64,000 nucleotides of DNA, from NCBI GenBank assembly GCA_046761065.1, contig JBHIFL010000008.1, positions 7,306 through 71,305 on the forward strand, written 5' to 3'. Under the pieces are notes generated by a model. The model did not search any database. It was not told the origin of the DNA and was given only the letters and a program-made list of their open reading frames with translations. Position 1 is the first letter of the stretch. Every line of letters begins with the position of its first letter. Made by a program: the position numbers and the translations under genes. Shown one piece after another: positions 56,791 to 64,000 of this stretch. The stretch comes from Candidatus Heimdallarchaeota archaeon. Its GTDB lineage: Archaea > Asgardarchaeota > Wukongarchaeia > Wukongarchaeales > JBHIFL01.

Positions 56791-57477
56791 GTTATTCACA
56801 CATAAAATATTTCTTCGTATGAAAAAACCTCTTTCATGTATCTAAATTTAGAAAACGCGTGATACTCGTAAAGATTGAACTTTTAGTAGCTCAAGTTATT
56901 TGCAGGACAAACTTTCCAAATCTGGGGAGATCAAAAATTTTGTGATCCGCCATTGCAGCTTGATACAAGCAATTGTACGAATTAGGAGCTCTTTTAGGGT
57001 TTTTCCTTCGAGATGACTCCATTTACATTGCTTGATAAATGCATCAACAGTTAGATTACCCTTTTTTGGGCATTCATATTTTCCTCTACGATTTCCTGAT
57101 CTTCTGCACTTGCCCACTTAATAAGATTATTCCCACGAATCCTGTAATGGTTGCATACCAGTCGTCCTATCTCCCAAAATTTGTCCTTCTACTATTAAAA
57201 TGACTCTATCGCTGCCATTATCGCCCCTAACATCAGGATTGCATAGTCCCAATTCCTCATTTTCGATTCCATTTTTTACCTCACTTTTCCCTAAAAGACT
57301 CTCCAATTAATAGATTAGGACTTATGGTCCGTACCCTCACAGATTAAGCGTACTTATCTATCTCAACGAAGAAAAATAGGATCTTACTAACAAGTTTTTC
57401 TAGCCAAACTAAAAATAAAAAAAATAATAAGGAGCTGAATCGGAAAATCCCCGTTCTCTGCTCGTTCTCTGCTAGAT

Positions 57478-57750
57478 TTAAAGTGCTTGGGAATCACTAT
57501 AAGATTCTTTATGGGGTTTTTCCCATTTGTCTCTATTAACTAACGCCCATAGCACATAGACTATACCCAATATTGTGAGTATTGGATTATCGATAACTAG
57601 GCCAACTGGAAATAAACTTATTCCCAGCACAAAAATTACTCGATAATCTCGTTCTCCTAGTTTACCATATCGTCTTGCTACTATAACCCCTATTATCATT
57701 AGTAATAAAGTTATAAACCCTAAACCAAGAAATATCATACTATCATCCAT
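57478..57750 (-). CDS. small membrane protein (3 TM)
   Basis: 90-aa hydrophobic ORF with no competitor. Confidence 0.45.
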   Translation of the reverse strand: MDDSMIFLGLGFITLLLMIIGVIVARRYGKLGERDYRVIFVLGISLFPVGLVIDNPILTILGIVYVLWALVNRDKWEKPHKESYSDSQAL

Positions 57751-58002
57751 TTTATGGACCTCACCTCTCCCTTCACGACGCTCCTATATAAGTGGCTATG
57801 GACTTGAAGTCCTTATTCCACTTTTAATCCCGCATTAGCCTTTGTTAAGATTTGAATCTCCTCAGTTTTTTTGTTGTCCTATTCTTTCAACATGCTTGTG
57901 TATTTCACAAGAATTGAAGAACGTCCCACACGCGATTTTTATTACAATAAATAGAGATAAAACTGAAAATGTACCGATTTCAAAGCTCTTGATTGTTGGC
58001 TA

Positions 58003-58323
58003 TTATTTCGAGGGTGTTCTCACAAAATACTTGGTAATTAGTTGATAATACTGAGTGAGAGCCTCTTCTCCTTTTCCTGTTGTTTGGAATTCTCCTAGGT
58101 CACTGCCAGAAGTAGTTAACTGTTCGATGAGGCCGGCTGTTACCAGAAAATCAAGGGCTTCTTTGATTGCGCTGGTTTTAAGTCCAACTTTTCTCAATAA
58201 CCAACTTTGGGTGCGGGGTGTACGAGCACAAGCTTCTAATAATTCGGCCCAGATTTCAAACTTACTTCGCCTTATCCTCTTCTGTTTCGCACGTTGGGGC
58301 TCATATGATCCATTTAATGTCAT
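58003..58323 (-). CDS. archaeal-type winged-helix DNA-binding protein
   Basis: SKFEIWAELLEACARTPRTQSWLLRKVGLKTSAIKEALDFLVTAGLIEQ is a wHTH pattern. Start moved to ATG 58323, two nt after the stop of the upstream gene. Confidence 0.65.
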   Translation of the reverse strand: MTLNGSYEPQRAKQKRIRRSKFEIWAELLEACARTPRTQSWLLRKVGLKTSAIKEALDFLVTAGLIEQLTTSGSDLGEFQTTGKGEEALTQYYQLITKYFVRTPSK

Positions 58324-58325
58324 AA

Positions 58326-59036
58326 TCAACTCCCTACCTCCTCTTGAGACCGGAAAATGGATCGTTCCAGGTTTTCGCCCCATTCATTAAGAGCATAAAA
58401 TCCTTGAATCCACTGTTTCGCTAGTGGCCTCCATTGAAAGGATATTCGCAGCCGAATACCAAAAACAGCAATCAAACCACCTATGATGACATAAAATCCG
58501 AGATGAATTGGTAACTGCGCGTGAGAAAAGAAGAACTGCATGTTTAAAATGAACAACGCTAGACCAACAAGGGTAGCGAATTCTAGATAGATTTGTTGTT
58601 TCAAGCGTTTCTCTAAGCGCTCAAGACTCTCGGATAGAGTCGCTGGGGAGGGTTCATATTGTAAGAACTGGGGTTGGAGCAGATTCAGGAGATGATTGAC
58701 ATAACTGGTCAAGCCGATAATGAGTTGAGGGCTTTCGGGGGTTTGTTCTATCCTGTTAAAATAACGCGCACTCGATCGAGTGAAAGTGTAGCTTTTCTTG
58801 ACTAACCATATGGTAGCAGCTACGGGAACAAGAATAAGCCCTATAAGAGGTGAAAATAAGGAGATTCTATCGCTAGGAAGGTAGGGGATTAAAAGTAGGA
58901 AGAAGATCGCAAAAAGTGGAAAAATTAGTAGTGTGACGTACAGTTGCGCTAGAAAAAGCCGATGACTTCTTTTGATCTGGACAAAGAGGTTTTGTTGGCT
59001 ACTAATCAAAGTATCCGATTGTGTTTGTGGGATCAT
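58326..59036 (-). CDS. membrane protein of unknown function
   Basis: 236-aa ORF with four hydrophobic segments, co-oriented with and adjacent to the wHTH gene. Confidence 0.5.
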   Translation of the reverse strand: MIPQTQSDTLISSQQNLFVQIKRSHRLFLAQLYVTLLIFPLFAIFFLLLIPYLPSDRISLFSPLIGLILVPVAATIWLVKKSYTFTRSSARYFNRIEQTPESPQLIIGLTSYVNHLLNLLQPQFLQYEPSPATLSESLERLEKRLKQQIYLEFATLVGLALFILNMQFFFSHAQLPIHLGFYVIIGGLIAVFGIRLRISFQWRPLAKQWIQGFYALNEWGENLERSIFRSQEEVGS

Positions 59037-59332
59037 TTTGGCTACCGAATTTTATTCGATGTAATTTGCTCTTTATATATTGCTGTAACTGTACTATGAT
59101 AATAGCTAGCAACGATTATGGGTTTGTATTGCATCCAAGAATCTCGATTCGATGATGGAGTATGTAAGAATAATACAAATCTATTGTTAAATAAAAAAGG
59201 AGCTTATCCTCAATTAATATCGCTTTTAAATTAGATATCAGATCTCATTAACCAATTCCCCAGATCTTATGGGGTTGTTTACCAAGAGACCATCTTGTAA
59301 CATAAGTTCTTTGAAAGGAAGTAAATCATTGC

Positions 59333-60907
59333 TCATCTTATCTGTTTACCTTTTTTTTGAACCTTTCTCAGATAAGCTCTCCAAGTCAGTGCCCATTGCG
59401 ATGGATCATCTAACGGTTCGTGATGGATTTTATGGATAGTAGAATTATGAGGAGCTGTTTTAACCATGTTTGGGGTTGTGTATGCTTCATTAGCGACATG
59501 ACGCAGGATGGCAATATATTCATCAAGTTCAGCCTTTGTGTAGCTCTCAGTGGGCTCAAGGGTGCATGGTTCTGGTACAATGAACGGGTGGTGACTTGTC
59601 CAGTAATGCACACCGAAATCCGCCGCTCTCAGGCCAAGTTCCTCCGAATGCACCCCTGTATCTTCTGTTAATTGTTTCCAGCTATAACGAACTTGTTCTA
59701 TCCGATGTTTTCCCTTGGCGTAGGGGGCACTTGCGCCAGGGATCTCTAACACTTTTCTGAACAAATAATTATTGTTGAGCACTGCGATTTGGGCAACTTC
59801 TTTCAGTCCTGCAGCACCGAGAGACATCACCCATGTATAAGCTTTAAGAATAACAGGCACAACCCCAAAAAAAGCCCGAACTTTCCCAATACTCTTTTGA
59901 GGTTGGATCATACGATATTTTTTTCCATCAAACTCTATGATTGGGGTTGGAAGGAACTCTTTCAACTCATTGGTGACTCCAGAAGCACCAGAGGCAGGGC
60001 CTCCACACCCATGAGGAGCGCTGAACGTTTTATGTAGATTAAAACTACACATATCAAATCCCGCATCTCTTGCACGGGTTATACCCAATAAGCCGTTTGC
60101 GTTTGCCTGGTCATTTACACAGAGTCCTCCAACTTCATGAACAATTTTTACAAATTCTTCTATCTCTGAATTGAATATGCCTGTGTCTTCTGGGTTTGTG
60201 ATAAAGATCCCAGCAGTTCGATTTGAGACCGCTGCTTTAAGCGCCTCAATGCTTGGATAGCCGGTTTCTTCATCTTGGTAAAGAGTTACGATCTTATAAC
60301 CTGCTGTTTTCGGACATGCCGCATCGCTAGGGTGGGAAAAAATGGTTGTAATTATTTCATCTCTCTGATCTGCTTCACCACGATCTTCATGGTAGGCTCT
60401 CACGATTGCTGCATTTGTATAGATTGCAGCTGATCCAGCTCCTGGTTGCAAAGAAAACCGATCCATTCCCGAAATCTCTTTAAGGAATTGTTCGAACTGG
60501 TACATTATCTCAAGGATGCCTTGTACCGTGTCTTCATCTTGTAATGGATGTAATGCTGTTATTTGGGGTAATCTAGCCAGTTGTTCATGGACTTTTGGAC
60601 TATATTTCATTGTACAGGTTCCCTGGCCAACATCGATGTTATAATCGGTTCCTAAAGTTTCTTGGGCAAGGTGGACGTAGTGTCGGAGTACCTGGGGTTG
60701 TCCCATTTCTGGTAGATGAGGAGGCTGCTGCCTACGCACTCCCTCTGGTATAAGCGATAGGACCTCCCCGACCTCCTTCCTTATTTCCTCTTCGACTTCA
60801 GGAACTAGAACGCCTCTTTCACCAGGATTACTCAATTCAAAGATGATTGGCTCGTCCCAACGTGCTTGGTGAAATCGTCTTAGTTTTGGCTTGTTTGCTG
60901 AACGCAT
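59333..60907 (-). CDS. gcvPB: glycine dehydrogenase (aminomethyl-transferring) subunit 2
   Basis: The PLP-lysine block CSFNLHKTFSAPHGCGGP and overall collinearity with GcvPB. It starts 1 nt after the gcvPA stop. Confidence 0.9.
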   Translation of the reverse strand: MRSANKPKLRRFHQARWDEPIIFELSNPGERGVLVPEVEEEIRKEVGEVLSLIPEGVRRQQPPHLPEMGQPQVLRHYVHLAQETLGTDYNIDVGQGTCTMKYSPKVHEQLARLPQITALHPLQDEDTVQGILEIMYQFEQFLKEISGMDRFSLQPGAGSAAIYTNAAIVRAYHEDRGEADQRDEIITTIFSHPSDAACPKTAGYKIVTLYQDEETGYPSIEALKAAVSNRTAGIFITNPEDTGIFNSEIEEFVKIVHEVGGLCVNDQANANGLLGITRARDAGFDMCSFNLHKTFSAPHGCGGPASGASGVTNELKEFLPTPIIEFDGKKYRMIQPQKSIGKVRAFFGVVPVILKAYTWVMSLGAAGLKEVAQIAVLNNNYLFRKVLEIPGASAPYAKGKHRIEQVRYSWKQLTEDTGVHSEELGLRAADFGVHYWTSHHPFIVPEPCTLEPTESYTKAELDEYIAILRHVANEAYTTPNMVKTAPHNSTIHKIHHEPLDDPSQWALTWRAYLRKVQKKGKQIR

Positions 60908-60908
60908 G

Positions 60909-62303
60909 TCAGGTCACAACCTCCTTCAACGCCTTAACGAGGCGATCGATATCGTCCTTGGTGTGCATTTCTGTCACACAATAAAGGGCACTCTTTCCCA
61001 ATTCTGGAAATTCCCTTGTAATATCTTTCCCGCCAAAGATTTTATATTGTAAGAGCGCTTTATTGATTTCCTCGACTGATTTCCCCGTATCCTCAAAGTT
61101 GATGACGAACTCCTTGAAATGAGCTGTTGGAAACACAGACTTCACACCAGAAAGCTTTGATAACTGTCTTGCCGCATAGTGAGATCTTGCCATAATACTC
61201 TCTCCTAGTTCAACCATGCCCTGTGGCCCCATGAGGGCTAAATAAACTCCTGCCGTGATACCCCAAAGAGCCGTTGCTGTTCCAACCCATTCCTTCCCTT
61301 TTTCTCTTATCGCGAACGAAGTCCGTTCATAAGCGACATCCCCAAAACCCCACTCGCCTTCCACAGAGGTGGGGCATATTCCAAACAGCCGGGAGGGGTA
61401 CTCCATCACATATTTTACTTCATCTCTCGTCGCGATGAATCCTCCATGGCCTCCACCAAATTGCACGTGCATGCCAAGTGGCTGTATGTCCCCACAAACT
61501 ATATCGCTACCATAAGTTACGGGGGGGGCTATTACACCTAAAGAAATGGGATCGACCCCTACAACACTTTCAGCTCCTATATCGTGTGCAATCCGTGAAA
61601 TCTCGGCGCCTTGTGTCTCAATTATCCCAAAATAATTTGGGTTTTCGAAGTAGACAGCTGCAGTCTGTGACGAAATTTCTGCTTCGAGGTTATTAAGATC
61701 CACGAGTCCCGTCTTCGGGTCGTAGCTTATTAATTTGACACTTATATTTGGCTTGCAATAATCCCAAATCCTAGATAAATTATCCGGTAAAATCGTTTGC
61801 GCTACTAGGACCTCTTGCCGTCTTGCAACCCTACATCCCATTCGAATAGCCGTGGCCGCGGCTTGTGACCAATCATAAGTGGGGACATTTACCACATCCA
61901 TTTCAAGCAGTTCACCCATCATGCTCGCGTATTCAAAGAGAGCCTGAAATCTTCCATGGTCATCATAGGGTTCTCCAGCATATGCCGTCAAAAATTCGCC
62001 TCGAGAGTTTACTTCATCACAGATCGCCGGAACATAGTGTTGGTAGCACCCTGCGCCCAAAAAATTAAGATACTCCTGACAGGTCTTATTTTTGGAAAGA
62101 GTTTCTTCTACATGTCGTCGTAATGTATATTCGGATAAGTAGGGTTTGGGTAAATTCAGTTCTTTCTTGAGTCGGAGGTTCTCAGGAATATCTTCGTAGA
62201 GCTCCTCTATGTTCTTCACCCCTATCTCTTTCAACATCTGTTCCTTCACTCTTGGTTCCGAGTTCGGAATATACGGATAAACTATTGGTTTTTCTTTGCT
62301 CAT
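60909..62303 (-). CDS. gcvPA: glycine dehydrogenase (aminomethyl-transferring) subunit 1
   Basis: YIPNSEP..., FLGAGCYQHYVP and AYAGEPYDDHGRFQALFEY blocks typical of GcvPA. Confidence 0.9.
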   Translation of the reverse strand: MSKEKPIVYPYIPNSEPRVKEQMLKEIGVKNIEELYEDIPENLRLKKELNLPKPYLSEYTLRRHVEETLSKNKTCQEYLNFLGAGCYQHYVPAICDEVNSRGEFLTAYAGEPYDDHGRFQALFEYASMMGELLEMDVVNVPTYDWSQAAATAIRMGCRVARRQEVLVAQTILPDNLSRIWDYCKPNISVKLISYDPKTGLVDLNNLEAEISSQTAAVYFENPNYFGIIETQGAEISRIAHDIGAESVVGVDPISLGVIAPPVTYGSDIVCGDIQPLGMHVQFGGGHGGFIATRDEVKYVMEYPSRLFGICPTSVEGEWGFGDVAYERTSFAIREKGKEWVGTATALWGITAGVYLALMGPQGMVELGESIMARSHYAARQLSKLSGVKSVFPTAHFKEFVINFEDTGKSVEEINKALLQYKIFGGKDITREFPELGKSALYCVTEMHTKDDIDRLVKALKEVVT

Positions 62304-62385
62304 ACATCATTCCACCAATAATTTTTGATTAAATACTGTTGAATTATACGTTTAATTGGCAAAATAATGATTATTCAAGGTTATT

Positions 62386-63036
62386 TTAAATAATAACTAG
62401 GAAAAAACTGAAGAGAAAATTGAAAAGCCCGTGGGCAATAACTGGCCCAATAATATTCTTGGTCTTGCTTGCAACATACCCCCAATATGCCCCAAAACAC
62501 GCTGTAACAAAAACATATCTTATACTATGAGTAATATGAATGGCTCCAAATAATACGGAGGATACAATGAGACCTGAATTCACTCCCTTCCATCTCCACA
62601 TCGAGAAGAACATTACCCCTCTGAAGAGGATTTCTTGTCCAAATCCGCTGAAAATGAAATTATAAATCAATTGTTCCCTTAATAGTTGTAAGGATAAGTT
62701 TTGAACAATCTGCATGTCAGTTGCTATAAATCTTGCAATCCCAAATCCTGCAACTAGTGCTAAAGCCATATATGAGCTTTGAAAAGTATTTTTCACAGTT
62801 ATTCCAATTTCGTGCAATTTTCTCCTATTGACTTTCAAAAAAATAAATGATCCGATTATATAAATTGAATAAACAATATAATAAGTACTAGTCGGATTCA
62901 CTTTCTCAAAGACATAGAAGGGCAATATGACTAGTATTGGTAGTAAAAAAAGACCTAAGGATTGAATAGACTCAGCAAATCCCTCAATATGTTCATTTTT
63001 TTGAAAGCTTTCGAGTAGATCTTTTGTTTTGACCAT
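62386..63036 (-). CDS. CPBP-family intramembrane glutamic endopeptidase (CAAX protease-like)
   Basis: GFGQEILFRGV (EExxxR-type motif 1, here QE), LFGAIH and AHGLFNF motifs. Confidence 0.8.
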   Translation of the reverse strand: MVKTKDLLESFQKNEHIEGFAESIQSLGLFLLPILVILPFYVFEKVNPTSTYYIVYSIYIIGSFIFLKVNRRKLHEIGITVKNTFQSSYMALALVAGFGIARFIATDMQIVQNLSLQLLREQLIYNFIFSGFGQEILFRGVMFFSMWRWKGVNSGLIVSSVLFGAIHITHSIRYVFVTACFGAYWGYVASKTKNIIGPVIAHGLFNFLFSFFLVII

Positions 63037-63691
63037 TATACTTCCACCTAAATGAATACTGAGAAATGTGGTTAATCATATAATTTTCTTTTTTTAGCTA
63101 AGTAGTGGAGTTACATATTAAAACGGCTAATATTTATGCTTTTTTCCTTCTTCAGTTTGAATATCAATGATGTTCCCAGATATTCTTACTTCAAAGGACC
63201 AACATCAAATATATAAGTTCTTAGAGATATTAGATCAATGCTTTTGGTGATTCCCTCAAATATTTGATGAAACATAATCTTCAATCAATCAATATTAACG
63301 TTGGGTAGGCCAGCTATAGGATAGGTTTGCACCTTTTGAAGTTTGAAGTTTCTTCGTTAATTATGATGCAAATTAACTAAATCTCTGGAACCACTCCAAT
63401 AAATTTCGTGAGAAGTAAGTTAATTTTTTCCCTTTTTCTGGGGGGGGTTATAAATCTCTTAGATATCATAATTCACTACATGATTTCTTGAGAAAAGATC
63501 GGCCGTGCTACAATCACCCTTAACTTGTTTTAATCCTTCGAAGTCTTAAGCTTGGGGGTACCTAAAATACGAACTCCTGTTTTTAACTAAAGTTCAAAAT
63601 ACACTTAATTTTGCCAAATATGATTTTTGGACTATTAACTTTCCAATAAGAAAGTATTTATAATCCTCTTGGAAAGTTTCTACGAACCCCA

Positions 63692-64000
63692 ATGAAAGTA
63701 AATGACGAGATCTCTGGTGCTATCCTTTCTCATCTTGCCCAAAATAAGGAACAGACCTTCAGCGCTTTAGAAAAAACAGGGATCAATCCTAAAACATTAA
63801 CGAACCGTCTCCAACTCCTTAAACAATATGGTCTTATCCGCAAAGAGGGACGGAACTATGTAATAACTGAAAAAGGGCAATCAATGCTCCAAGTGATGCG
63901 GCATTTACACACCATTTTAGAACCTGCTTTTCCCGATTTCTCGTTTCTTGAAAGTAAGATCCCTAATGAGTTGATCAGAAGGGCTCTCGCTCGATATATC
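63692..64000 (+). CDS. winged-helix transcriptional regulator (5' partial, runs off the window)
   Basis: ATG 63692 opens a frame with no stop to the window end: MKVNDEISGAILSHLAQNKEQTFSALEKTGINPKTLTNRLQLLKQYGLIRKEGRNYVITEKG (HTH plus wing). It is not in the track because it lacks a stop. Confidence 0.55.
   Translation, partial: MKVNDEISGAILSHLAQNKEQTFSALEKTGINPKTLTNRLQLLKQYGLIRKEGRNYVITEKGQSMLQVMRHLHTILEPAFPDFSFLESKIPNELIRRALARYI

Noticed and set aside
57453-57474. The tandem 11-nt repeat cgttctctgct x2 just downstream of the 57478..57750 gene.
   Set aside because: It has only two copies, no palindromic character, and lies in a 3' region without a T-tract. It is most likely a slippage duplication.
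1-64000. CRISPR arrays, rRNA genes, IS elements/transposases, integrases and prophage blocks.
   Set aside because: I saw no regularly spaced direct repeats, no rRNA-like conserved stretches, no DDE, tyrosine or serine recombinase motifs, and no terminal inverted repeats while reading the intergenic regions and ORF translations. Manual scanning cannot exclude small or degenerate elements.

Overview
AT-rich, gene-dense window with about 60 protein-coding loci. By eye I found no rRNA, canonical tRNA, CRISPR array or recognisable transposase. The gene content looks archaeal: RNase HII, a Clp1-type polynucleotide kinase, tungsten-type aldehyde:ferredoxin oxidoreductases, archaeal-style wHTH regulators and GGTGA/GGAGG ribosome-binding sites. 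I cannot assign a lineage.

Layout:
- 0.8-7 kb: two paralogous GalT-branch HIT-fold genes flank rnhB, followed by a cyclase-like gene and a Clp1 kinase.
- 8.5-11.4 kb: ppa and a thioredoxin-domain protein.
- 14-17.5 kb: a BlaI/BlaR1-like pair facing an ABC exporter across a perfect 28-bp palindrome.
- 19-21 kb: PAP2 phosphatases and a nitroreductase.
- 21.4-23.2 kb: a Ro60/TROVE-vWA protein beside a structured RNA of about 94 nt.
- 23.8-27.7 kb: a non-Pyl MttB homolog, a prenyltransferase-repeat protein and a DUF362 protein.
- 28-35.6 kb: a SagB-type dehydrogenase, M20 peptidases and an FNR-like protein.
- 35.7-40 kb: a MoxR/DUF58/DUF4129 cluster.
- 40-42.8 kb: gnd and pgi.
- 42.9-48.3 kb: a PreA-like/amidohydrolase/NicX-like cluster.
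- 48.9-55.9 kb: a MoaD-like gene plus two FeS+AOR gene pairs separated by a pseudogene island.
- 56-64 kb: toxin-antitoxin remnants, gcvPA/gcvPB and a CPBP protease.

The two findings I rank highest:
1. A 31-nt insertion breaks the frame of one GalT-like paralog. By hand it folds into a bulge-helix-bulge-like structure whose predicted cut sites restore the frame exactly. This makes it a candidate archaeal mRNA mini-intron.
2. The Ro60 ortholog sits next to a Y-RNA-like locus.

The window also carries an unusually high load of interrupted ORFs, through both nonsense codons and homopolymer frameshifts. This limits how far any single disruption can be interpreted. All folds and homology statements are manual or from memory and need computational confirmation.
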